Below, piece after piece: positions 19,161 to 28,486 of a DNA stretch of 64,000 nt; the stretch's first letter is position 1, and the number at the start of each line of letters is the position of its first letter. A program made the position numbers and the translations under genes. Where the stretch lies: contig JAEOTZ010000015.1 of the NCBI GenBank assembly GCA_016839585.1, forward strand, positions 1,000-64,999, written 5' to 3'. Below the pieces are notes generated by a model. It did not search any database and had not been told where the DNA came from. It saw only the letters and a list, made by a program, of their open reading frames with translations. The DNA comes from Promethearchaeota archaeon. Lineage in GTDB: Archaea > Asgardarchaeota > Lokiarchaeia > Sigyniarchaeales > SOKP01.

Positions 19161-20708
19161 ATGCTTACAGCAACAATAGAACAAGATGGGAAAAAAAGAG
19201 TAGAGCATGTATTTGTAGTTGACGCCCATTCACATTTAGGTCAAGATGTAGATGGTGCTACGATGATGAACCCTTTGGCACCTGGAAGTGGTACATTTGA
19301 CTTCTGGGGTAATGTTCAAGGAAAAATTAAAGCAGATTGGAAAAAAACTGGGGAGCAAGCATTTACTACAACGATAAATGGTAAGTTTACAAAAATATCT
19401 TGGTCATTTACACCATATCCTTTTACAGATCATTTATATATTGCTCTACAAAAAATTGGAAAAAGACATTCTGATTTGAAAGAAAAATCAAAATTTTATT
19501 CCTTTATTGATCAAGGTGTTGTTTTTCCTTTCCAAGACGTTTTTCGAGCTAAACATCCAGAAGCGTTATATCGAGCAAGTAATATAAATGTTTCACGTTT
19601 TACAACCCGTTTTCCTTTCTCAATGAAATTGATTGGGTATGGTCGTTGTGATCCAATGGAAGGAGAAAAAGCGGTAAATGAAGTAAAATATGCACGGGAG
19701 GTTTTGGGACTTCGAGGTTTAAAATTGCATCCCCGCTCAGAAGGATATATTGATAAGATGACTTCTGAAAAAGTAATTAATGTTCTTATTGAGGCGGCAT
19801 CATACTCTATGCCAGTTATTTTTGATACAAGAGGTAGAGGCTCAATTTTGGAAATTGGAAAATTGATAAGATCTGCAAGAAATGTTATTCAATCGAGTTA
19901 TCCTGATTTATTACCTCATTTTAAAGTTATTATTGCTCATTTTGCTCAAGGGAATATTGATGATTATGAAGTATATAATACCATAGTTCAGCCAAATACA
20001 TATGGAGATCTTTCAATGTTGCATGGAGCTGGTGCTGGCAATTTTTTTGAGAGCTTTCGAAGATGGTTTCAATCAAATCGTAAAGAAAGTGTAGATAATC
20101 GTATTTGGTCTGAATATCTCCTTTATGCTTCTGATTATCCTTATTTTGGAGATGTTCATGCCGAAAAACTTATAATATACGTTATTAATAAACAATTCTT
20201 TGACACTGGTGGAACTCTTCAAGATGTTAGAAATATTCTTGGATTAAACCAGTTAAGAGTTTTACCTGAATATAACCTCCCTCAACTTTCAAAGGATTCT
20301 AAAACCCCACCAAGCTTAATGGTCTCTAATCCCTTATTTCAACAAAATAATATGAGTACCTATGATATATCAATTAGAGCTCTGGCTAAATTAATTGTGG
20401 ATAACAAGATTGATATTAAAAAATTCTGTTTGCAATTTAAAGATTCTTGGGATGCCCTAAGTGAGGATATTTTAATGACTACAATATCTAATAGTAAAAA
20501 ACAAGAAATCAATATCTTATTCATGAATTTAGTGAGAGATAAAATATCTTTATTTGCTCCTTTACAGCCTAAGATAGCTTGGAAAAAATTCGGTTACAAA
20601 TATTTTAATCCCGAAGATCGAGCTTTCTTTGCATCAGTATTTAAACAAAATTATTTATCAATGGATCTTGATAAAACATCAGAAATGTTAGCACAGATTT
20701 ATACATAA
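19161..20708 (+). CDS. Metal-dependent amidohydrolase-fold (TIM barrel) protein
   Basis: FVVDAHSHLGQD, LRGLKLHPRSEG, IIAHFAQG and YASDYPYFGD are typical of amidohydrolase_2-type hydrolases. It starts 30 nt downstream of the GCS2-like gene. Confidence 0.7.
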   Translation: MLTATIEQDGKKRVEHVFVVDAHSHLGQDVDGATMMNPLAPGSGTFDFWGNVQGKIKADWKKTGEQAFTTTINGKFTKISWSFTPYPFTDHLYIALQKIGKRHSDLKEKSKFYSFIDQGVVFPFQDVFRAKHPEALYRASNINVSRFTTRFPFSMKLIGYGRCDPMEGEKAVNEVKYAREVLGLRGLKLHPRSEGYIDKMTSEKVINVLIEAASYSMPVIFDTRGRGSILEIGKLIRSARNVIQSSYPDLLPHFKVIIAHFAQGNIDDYEVYNTIVQPNTYGDLSMLHGAGAGNFFESFRRWFQSNRKESVDNRIWSEYLLYASDYPYFGDVHAEKLIIYVINKQFFDTGGTLQDVRNILGLNQLRVLPEYNLPQLSKDSKTPPSLMVSNPLFQQNNMSTYDISIRALAKLIVDNKIDIKKFCLQFKDSWDALSEDILMTTISNSKKQEINILFMNLVRDKISLFAPLQPKIAWKKFGYKYFNPEDRAFFASVFKQNYLSMDLDKTSEMLAQIYT

Positions 20709-21016
20709 CATCTCTTCTTATTTAAACTTAAATTTCATTAAAATTTTATTATACTTTAGTAATTTCATTCTTTAATTCTACTTATTAAAAAATAATAAAA
20801 GAATAATTTAGGAAGTAAAAGTCTTCCTCAAAATCATTATTTAGTACGTACTAAACGTCAAATACAACAATATAAATATATCTACTTTTTTTAAATAGTT
20901 ACTTAAATTATAATTTTTTACCAAAAGGGTTAGGTTGAAAAAAGGATTAAATTAAAGTAATTAATGAGAAAATTAATTTAGATTAATTAGATTTTCCAGA
21001 GGAGACGATTAATTAA

Positions 21017-23443
21017 TTGGAACAACTAGATAATAATTCAAATAGTGTTGGAAATGTGTCACAAGATCTTTTTGAAGAAAACCCTATATCACTTTGGGAA
21101 GAAGACATTTCTGAAATTAAAAAATTTATTGATCAGTTAAAAAATTCAGGAGTGAATGACTTTCGCGCCTATTTTGAACAAAATCCAGATGTAATTAATA
21201 AATTACTCTCAATGGTAAAAATAGTTAAAGTTAATAAAAAAACGATTCAAATTTACGAAGTTTCTAAAAAAGAGAAGTTAATCAATAATTTAAAACGAAC
21301 TCTTACTAATGAATCATTAGAAGCATTTAGAGAAGAAATTATTGCATTTTCAGAAGGTAAAAATACTTTTGAATCCGAAACAAATACTAAGACATTAAAA
21401 AATAAAGAGAAAAATATATATATGAAAGTATCTATTGTTCCGGGTTATGAAAATACATGGTCAAGGGTAATAGTTTATATTATTGATAATTCTAAATTGA
21501 AGGAATTAGAAAATAAGCTTCAAGATACCGAAGAAAGGCTTAAAGAGATAACATCATCTATTCCAGAAATTCGTTTTTGGCATTTATTCAACCCAAAAGA
21601 GTATGAAGTAGCATTGCGAAAATCATATGAGATAATACAGATTGTTATGAACAATATTCCACAATATATATATTGGAAAGATACTAATTCTGCGTATTTA
21701 GGGTGTAATCGTAATTATGCTAAATTTTTAGGTCTTGAAAACACAAAAGATATAATAGGTAAAAAAGATGGTGATCTTATAATTAATGAAGAAAGAGTGA
21801 AACAACTTAAAGAACGTGAATCCAATGTAATAATAAAAAGAAAGCCTGAATATAACATAACTGAAAAGCAGATTTTAGAAAATGGGAATATTATTTGGTT
21901 AAACACATGTAGGATACCCCTTTTTGACTCAAAAAAAAATGTTGTTGGAATTCTTGTTGCTTCTGAAGATATTACTGAAAAACGATTGGTAATACAAAAA
22001 TTAAAAGAATCCGAAGAGAAATATCGAACCGTAGTGGAAAAATCACTTCAGGGAATTGGTATACTTCAAGATGTTAAAATTGTATTTGCTAATAATGCAT
22101 TAGCTGAAATCTTGGGATATACAGTTAAAGAATTATATTCTTTGTCGGCTGAAGAAGTAGTGAATCTTATTTACATTGAGGATAGAGATTTAGTGTTGAA
22201 ACGTCATAAAGAGCGTTTAAATGGTAAAAAAGTTCCATCACATTATACCTTTCGAGTCATTCGAAAAAATAATCAAATTAGATGGGTAGATATGTATGCT
22301 AGTCTCATTGAATATGGTGGAAAGCCTACTGTGCAGGAAGTCTTTATCGATATCACTGATAAGAAAAATGCAGAACGAAAATTGAAAGAATCAGAATCAA
22401 AATATCGTGATTTAGTTGAATCTTCTTCAATGGGTCTTTTAGAGATTGATGTAATAAATAATAGGGTTGCCTATATTAATCCAAAATTATTGGAAATAAT
22501 CGGTTACTCTAGAGATGAATTAAATGATGAAAATATATTTCCTAAGATAATACACCACGAAGATTTCAAAGATATATTTCAAAATCGTGAAGAAGGAGTT
22601 CTAGAATTTAGAATTATTACAAAAGATAGAAAATTAAAATGGTTAGCAGGCGATAGGAAACACCATTATGATGTGAAAGGTGAATTAGCTAACTTAAGAT
22701 TATGGTTACGAGATATTACAAAGGAAAAAGAGTTAGAAGAAATTAAATCTAATTTAATTACTCGATTTTCACATGAATTTAAGACACCACTTATCTCTAT
22801 TAAGGGATTCACACAATTTTTATTAACAGAATATAGACAAAATCTAGATGATGGAATGATTTCATTTCTGAGTAAAATCATGGATGGTAGCGAAAAGTTG
22901 AAAACACTTATAGATTCTTTCATCGAAAGTTCCCAATTAAATGAAGATGTTGTAAAGGTAACCATTAAACAAGAAAATCTTTCTGATGTGATTAAAATGG
23001 GTTTAGAAGAAATGGAGGGTATGATTAAAATAAGAAACCACAAAATAAATTTAAATATTAAAGAGAACCTAATTGTTAATTTTAATAGAGAAAAGATATA
23101 TATCGTCTTCACAAATCTATTGCTAAATTCAATTAAATATACACCTAAAGGAGGAAAAATTTCAATTCAATCACATATCACAGATAACTTTATAACTATT
23201 ACTTTAAAAGATAATGGCGTTGGTCTAAATGAAGAGGAAAAACTAAAATTATTTAAACCCTTTGGAAAAATTGAAAGATATGGTCAAGGATGGGATGTGA
23301 TTACAGATGGAATGGGGATGGGATTATATATTTCAAAGGAAATAATAGATTTACATGGAGGTAAAATTTGGGTGGAATCTGAGGGAAGAAACAGAGGAAG
23401 CATTTTCAATTTTTCACTCCCTGCTAGTAAAAATCAGAGTTGA
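21017..23443 (+). CDS. Multi-PAS sensor histidine kinase
   Basis: Repeated PAS-like blocks each end in ITEKR or ITDKK type linkers. H-box FSHEFKTPLISIKGF, N-box LLLNSIKYT, DNGVGL, and G2 GMGMGLYISKEIIDLHGGKIWVES. Confidence 0.9.
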   Translation: MEQLDNNSNSVGNVSQDLFEENPISLWEEDISEIKKFIDQLKNSGVNDFRAYFEQNPDVINKLLSMVKIVKVNKKTIQIYEVSKKEKLINNLKRTLTNESLEAFREEIIAFSEGKNTFESETNTKTLKNKEKNIYMKVSIVPGYENTWSRVIVYIIDNSKLKELENKLQDTEERLKEITSSIPEIRFWHLFNPKEYEVALRKSYEIIQIVMNNIPQYIYWKDTNSAYLGCNRNYAKFLGLENTKDIIGKKDGDLIINEERVKQLKERESNVIIKRKPEYNITEKQILENGNIIWLNTCRIPLFDSKKNVVGILVASEDITEKRLVIQKLKESEEKYRTVVEKSLQGIGILQDVKIVFANNALAEILGYTVKELYSLSAEEVVNLIYIEDRDLVLKRHKERLNGKKVPSHYTFRVIRKNNQIRWVDMYASLIEYGGKPTVQEVFIDITDKKNAERKLKESESKYRDLVESSSMGLLEIDVINNRVAYINPKLLEIIGYSRDELNDENIFPKIIHHEDFKDIFQNREEGVLEFRIITKDRKLKWLAGDRKHHYDVKGELANLRLWLRDITKEKELEEIKSNLITRFSHEFKTPLISIKGFTQFLLTEYRQNLDDGMISFLSKIMDGSEKLKTLIDSFIESSQLNEDVVKVTIKQENLSDVIKMGLEEMEGMIKIRNHKINLNIKENLIVNFNREKIYIVFTNLLLNSIKYTPKGGKISIQSHITDNFITITLKDNGVGLNEEEKLKLFKPFGKIERYGQGWDVITDGMGMGLYISKEIIDLHGGKIWVESEGRNRGSIFNFSLPASKNQS

Positions 23444-23490
23444 AAGATAATAAAAAGCTTGTTATAAAAATGAAATTTTTATTTAACTCC

Positions 23491-24336
23491 TTATGATAAA
23501 TAATTATATAAAAAGTCGAAATCAGTGAGATCAAAAGGTTTTAATATATAACCATCTGCTTTTGTTTCTTCCATATGCTTCTCAACATCAGAAACCGTCA
23601 CTGCTGTTATATAAATGATGGGTATATTTTTAAACCTTTCATTGGATTTAACTTCTTTACAAATTTCATAACCACTAATATCAGGTAAAATTATATCTAA
23701 TAAAATTAGTTTTGGTGCATTAAAATTCAATTCCTCAATTGCTTTTAATCCTGTCATCACTCCCTTACAAGAATAACCCTTTACCTCAAAATAGTTGGAA
23801 ATTAGATTTACAGTTGATAAATCATCTTCTACTAAAAGGATATCATACTTAGCAGTCTTAATTTTGGGCTTCTCTAATTTCTTTATTAGACTCTCTTCTA
23901 AACTTTTACTTTCATTCAATACATTATCAATAATTGAAATTATTTCGTCATTTAGGTTAGCACCATACTTTTCAAGAACTAATTGTAAATAACCTTTTAT
24001 AGTTGTTAATCGTTGCTTTAAATTGTGAGAGAAACTTGCTACATCTCCGCTCATAAAGGTAGATTTTTCTTCAATGAAATAGTCTACACTGTTTCTAATT
24101 AGTTTAGAAATTGATGAAATATTACTTTTTTGAATGAAATCCAACCATTCTTTTTCTGTTTCATTACTAACGTATACTGAAATTCTCTTCTTACCGGCGT
24201 AATAATCTTTTTTACCATTTTTCCAATCTTCAAACCCTTTAGTTATCTTCCCATGCCAAATTGCTTTTTTTCCTGTCTCTTGTTCATATTGCTCCATTTC
24301 CTTGGATTTTTGTTTATTATTAGATATGAAAATCAC
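23491..24336 (-). CDS. Response regulator with N-terminal RHH-like segment and DHp (HisKA-like) helix
   Basis: C-terminal receiver: ILLVEDD, LILLDIILPDISGYE, IIYITAV, YILKPF. Middle H-box-like FSHNLKQRLTTIKGYLQLV with no ATPase domain following. N-terminal RISVYVSNETEKEWLDFIQKSNISSISKLIRNSVDYFI resembles a ribbon-helix-helix. Confidence 0.8.
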   Translation of the reverse strand: MIFISNNKQKSKEMEQYEQETGKKAIWHGKITKGFEDWKNGKKDYYAGKKRISVYVSNETEKEWLDFIQKSNISSISKLIRNSVDYFIEEKSTFMSGDVASFSHNLKQRLTTIKGYLQLVLEKYGANLNDEIISIIDNVLNESKSLEESLIKKLEKPKIKTAKYDILLVEDDLSTVNLISNYFEVKGYSCKGVMTGLKAIEELNFNAPKLILLDIILPDISGYEICKEVKSNERFKNIPIIYITAVTVSDVEKHMEETKADGYILKPFDLTDFDFLYNYLS

Positions 24337-24550
24337 CTAAAAGTCCTTTTTTACTAAAATTTCATGAATCATTACTATTACTTATATTGAATATTACCTA
24401 AACTAATATTTATATGTGATTAAATTTAGTAGATAAATACAAGTAGTCAAACCGAAATATCTACTATATGAAAAATCCTTTTTTGCCTTTCATCCTTATT
24501 CCGTATCAATTATTTGAGTTTTCTAAAAAATTTAACAAAATATTAAAAAC

Positions 24551-26023
24551 TTAACGTGTAACTAATCCACGTTTCTTAAACATTTCTTTTAATTCTGAAA
24601 TTATCTCTCGCCTTCCAGCTCCAGGACCAATTTCTACTTCAGGTAAGACCTTTTGCGGAGGAGGTGGAGGTTTAAGGGATTCTTTGTTAATAACATTTGG
24701 AGCAGATGGTGGAGTTGTTGAATCTGATATTGGTGGTGAATCTTTGGGGGATTGTTGTTTCAGAGATTTTTTAACTTTTTGAATTTTTTCTTTAGTTAAT
24801 TTTCCTTTTTCTTTTAGTTCTCTTGAATCTTCTTTTAAAGCAGGATGAGCAGACAATCGCTTTGGCGGACCAACAACTTTCGATTTTTTCTTTACTTTAG
24901 ATTCATCTTCTTTACACTTCTTTTTTTTTCTCTCTTTCATCTCTTGAATAGAAGAAATATAATCAATGGGAACTTTTTCAAAGGGAACAGAGAATAGAGA
25001 TTGTGAGATGTCCGAAGGTGATAATCTATACAATACCCTTTTAACTTCTGATAACTCTGATACAACTTTATCTAATAAATTTAAGTTGATGTCCAGTATT
25101 TTTTGAAGTTTTTTCTCAATATCAGGAATCATTAAATCTTTCTCTGGTTTTTCTTGAGATTTAGAAAAAATACTTTTAATACTTTTTACAATCTCCGGTT
25201 CATTAAGATAAAAATTGTAAATACTTGTCGGTATCATTTCAAAATTCCAAGGATTATTGGTATTACTAAAAACTTCTGATATTTTCCCTGTCAAATATTC
25301 AGCTTTAATCTGATAATCAGGATCCTTCACCATGTCAAAATCTGCTTTATTTAGCAATATTACAATATAAGGATTCTCATTTAGAAATTCAAGAATATTA
25401 ATTAAATCATTTAAGTATTTAACTGCTTCATCATATCTAGCATTATCTTGGGTATCAAATACAAATATAAGAACGTCTATTTGAATAAAGAATCTTTCAG
25501 GAGATTCAAGATACTCATTAATATTATCTTTTTGACCCCCTAAATCCCATAGAATTAAATCTAACTTATCTGATTGATATTCTTCTACATTAGCACCGAT
25601 TGTAGGTTCTAAATTAATCATATCATTATAATTATAGTCATTTAATAATCGGTTAATAAGAGATGTTTTTCCTGCATAATCTAAACCTGCAATTACAACC
25701 TTGAGTTTAGGTTTTTTTAGATAAAGATTTCTCTTATTCCATGCATTATTTATTAAGTTGAAAGCTATTAAAGCATTATTCAAACTAATTTCACTAATTT
25801 TTGTCTCTTTAGGGAGATTCTCATAATCAAAATTCTCTAATTTTGAGAGATCTCTTATGGTCAATATTTCAAACTCCTTAAATTTTTTTAAATCATCCTT
25901 ATTTATATTTTTTAGATTACTTAGCTGCAGATCTAATATGTCTTTTAAAGTCTCCGGGTAATAATCCAAATCTAAAAATCGATCACTGAAATACCTTATT
26001 ATAGTTCTAGCTGATTCTGACAT
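24551..26023 (-). CDS. Arf-family-like small GTPase with N- and C-terminal extensions
   Basis: G1 IAGLDYAGKTSL, switch I LEPTIGANVEE (Arf PTIGFNVE-like), G3 LWDLGGQ and G4 LLNKAD. A ~105 aa N-terminal extension precedes the core. A ~200 aa Lys/Pro-rich tail ends PPPPPQKV...REIISELKEMFKKRGLVTR. Confidence 0.8.
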   Translation of the reverse strand: MSESARTIIRYFSDRFLDLDYYPETLKDILDLQLSNLKNINKDDLKKFKEFEILTIRDLSKLENFDYENLPKETKISEISLNNALIAFNLINNAWNKRNLYLKKPKLKVVIAGLDYAGKTSLINRLLNDYNYNDMINLEPTIGANVEEYQSDKLDLILWDLGGQKDNINEYLESPERFFIQIDVLIFVFDTQDNARYDEAVKYLNDLINILEFLNENPYIVILLNKADFDMVKDPDYQIKAEYLTGKISEVFSNTNNPWNFEMIPTSIYNFYLNEPEIVKSIKSIFSKSQEKPEKDLMIPDIEKKLQKILDINLNLLDKVVSELSEVKRVLYRLSPSDISQSLFSVPFEKVPIDYISSIQEMKERKKKKCKEDESKVKKKSKVVGPPKRLSAHPALKEDSRELKEKGKLTKEKIQKVKKSLKQQSPKDSPPISDSTTPPSAPNVINKESLKPPPPPQKVLPEVEIGPGAGRREIISELKEMFKKRGLVTR

Positions 26024-26276
26024 ACCATAATAATGTACTTGATCTTTTTAAATTTTTACTAAACGATAGACTTTCTTTTATTTTTTGTACTAATGATACA
26101 TATATTATACAATTACAAAAGATTAAAAGTGAATACTCTTATTATTTTTTTAAAAAAATCCCTATAAAATCTATTTATTATCAAAAAATAATATCAGTGT
26201 TATGAAATAGCACAAGATAAAATAATAATTTTTCAAAATGAAATAAGCAGAAATAGAATAAAGATGAGAAAAAAAA

Positions 26277-26957
26277 ATGATTCAGAATAACAAATTTAAT
26301 GAAGAAACTGATGAAGAGGCAATGAATCTTTATAAGAATTTTAAAGAAGCATTAGAGAGATACCCATTTATCTTAATTATTGGAAAATATGATCATGTTT
26401 TAGGACCAAGAGCATTATATTCATCAGTTCATCTTAAAGGAGAAGCATTTATTAGAAATCTTCTCAGAGACGCTTTGAATACCAAAAATAAATTTGTTAT
26501 TTTAGATTTTAATCAATTTTATTCTCAGATTTACAAGATTGAAATTGAAGACACTTCTGCCCGAGGACGAAAACAAATATATGCTATTATTTTACTTCGA
26601 GATGTGGCATATCCGATAATACCAATTCTTCATTTTAAAAGAATAGGAATGATCTTTCATAGAATTGAGCATAAAAAGATTTTAGCTGATGATGCGATAG
26701 CATTTGAGAGTTTCTTTAAAGAAGTTAGAGATATTTATATGAATAAAGATGAGATTTTACCTCTTGAATCCATTAATATGCAGATAAGAAGTGGAATTAA
26801 TACCATACAAGGTTTCTGTGAATTAATTTTAGAACAAATCAGGAAGAATGTACAAGTTCCAAAACAAGATATAAGTAGTTTTATTGAAATGATGTTAGAT
26901 TCCTGTAAAGATATTATGGATGCTTTAGAAAAACCATTTTCAACAGCAAGTAAATAA
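26277..26957 (+). CDS. Hypothetical protein with C-terminal degenerate DHp-like helix lacking the phospho-acceptor His
   Basis: NMQIRSGINTIQGFCELILEQ aligns to the H-box MSHELRTPLNAIIGFAELL of the neighbouring kinase, with Gln in place of His. The N-terminal ~130 aa alpha/beta domain is unassigned. Confidence 0.6.
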   Translation: MIQNNKFNEETDEEAMNLYKNFKEALERYPFILIIGKYDHVLGPRALYSSVHLKGEAFIRNLLRDALNTKNKFVILDFNQFYSQIYKIEIEDTSARGRKQIYAIILLRDVAYPIIPILHFKRIGMIFHRIEHKKILADDAIAFESFFKEVRDIYMNKDEILPLESINMQIRSGINTIQGFCELILEQIRKNVQVPKQDISSFIEMMLDSCKDIMDALEKPFSTASK

Positions 26958-26984
26958 TCATAACAAAATAGAGAGATAAAATAA

Positions 26985-27866
26985 ATGAATCAAAACAAAA
27001 AAATTGTTCTCATAGGCCCTCCCAATGCTGGAAAATCTACAATTAAAAAAGTATTTTTCGAAAAAGAAAACCCAATTTCTCTTTTAAATAAACCACTATT
27101 GCCTTCAAGAGGAATTGGTTCAAATATTTATTCTATTTTCAAATCTAAATTAGGTGTTTTTGATTTAGCAGGACAAGAAAATCATTTTTGGTTTTCTAAT
27201 AAAGCTAATGAGATTTTTAGAGAATCTAATATTATTATTTGCATTTTTGATATAACAAATCATTTGGAATCAATTATCAGTTTCTTAGTAAATATATATA
27301 AAATAAAAAAAGAACTAAATTTATACAATTGCCAAATATCAGCCTTTTTGCATAAAATTGATCTAGTTAATACTTCTTACGTTAATCAAAAATTCAAAAT
27401 AGTAAAAGATTTTATTACATACCAACATCCAAAAGGAAGAGATTTTAAAATATATACAACCTCTATAACTAAAGATTTCTTTTTTGACACGTATTATATT
27501 TTTACAAAAATTTTGAACTCATTGTGTCAAAAAAACCTAATTCAAATTAGTATTAATGAATTAGAGAAATTAAAAACTGAAATACTTATCCTTCTAAAGA
27601 ATGAGGTTTTCGTTAAATATCATAAAAATAAATTGATACATCAGTTTGATCTTAGTTCAAATGAAGCAGAAAACCACTTAAAAAGATTGCAAAAATTAGG
27701 TTTTATAAAAACTTATGAGAATTTTAACTATTTCCTACTAAACGAAAGAGCTAAAATTCTTAAAAGTAGTATAAATAAAGAATTGAATAAAATTAATTAT
27801 GTCGGAATTAAAGAAGGTGTTGAATTGTTTCATACATTTCTTGACTTAACTAAAATGAATGTATGA
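26985..27866 (+). CDS. Rag/Gtr1-like small GTPase with C-terminal winged-helix-like domain
   Basis: G1 GPPNAGKST, G3 VFDLAGQE, and G4 FLHKIDL (HKxD as in Rag/Gtr GTPases rather than NKxD). The C-terminus NEAENHLKRLQKLGFIKTYENFNYFLLNERAKIL is wHTH-like. Confidence 0.75.
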   Translation: MNQNKKIVLIGPPNAGKSTIKKVFFEKENPISLLNKPLLPSRGIGSNIYSIFKSKLGVFDLAGQENHFWFSNKANEIFRESNIIICIFDITNHLESIISFLVNIYKIKKELNLYNCQISAFLHKIDLVNTSYVNQKFKIVKDFITYQHPKGRDFKIYTTSITKDFFFDTYYIFTKILNSLCQKNLIQISINELEKLKTEILILLKNEVFVKYHKNKLIHQFDLSSNEAENHLKRLQKLGFIKTYENFNYFLLNERAKILKSSINKELNKINYVGIKEGVELFHTFLDLTKMNV

Positions 27867-27914
27867 CTTTATTTTTTAATTAGAAATTAAATACTATATA
27901 TTATAGAAATAAAC

Positions 27915-28455
27915 ATGACTTCTACGTTTAAGGATTATAAGATTTCAAATTATAAAGAATTATTTCTTGTTTTGTTTGAACAGATAATATCTACAATGAA
28001 ACCTTTACTTGATTCAAAACCTATCAATTTTAACCTAAAAGGTCTAAAAAAACAAAAATTACTTCAAGCTAATCGAAATAAATTTAAGCAAATAGTATAT
28101 AATCTATTAAATAATGCTATAAAATTTACTGAAAATGGGAGTGTTACTCTAGAATTAATAGAAAAAAAAGAACAGTGGGAATTTTCTGTTTCAGATACTG
28201 GGATAGGTATTTAAAAAAAAAGACTTTAATATAATATTTAGCGATTTTAAAAGAGTCAAATCAGATTATGTGGCTTCTAAACCTGGTAATGGACTTGGAC
28301 TTGCTCTCACAAAAAGGATTGTTGAATTACATGGGGGAAAAATTTGGTTTAAAAGTAAAATTGGAAAAGGGTCAACTTTTGTTTTCACTATTCCAAAAGA
28401 TTTTACCTCAAATAAATTTGGAATGAGTACAGAATATTTTTTAAAACTATTATAA
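27915..28455 (+). pseudogene. Histidine-kinase ATPase (CA) domain fragment interrupted by a +1 frameshift at an A9 run
   Basis: Frame A gives LLNNAIKFTENGSVTL...VSDTGIGI and then TAA at 28212-28214. Reading from 28213 in the +1 frame gives [46 protein letters not shown]. This is colinear with TGIGIARKDFPLIFKEFKRV...GTGLGLSLTKRLIELHGG of the kinase at 28487. No DHp domain lies upstream. Confidence 0.65.
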
Positions 28456-28486
28456 AATTTTCAATTATGAGGAAAAGTTATGAAAT

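Noticed and set aside
21715-23992. Antisense ORFs inside the PAS kinase and the RHH-DHp-REC gene (21715-21906, 22666-23112, 23795-23992)
   Set aside because: They are fully nested in motif-rich genes on the other strand and give low-complexity translations.
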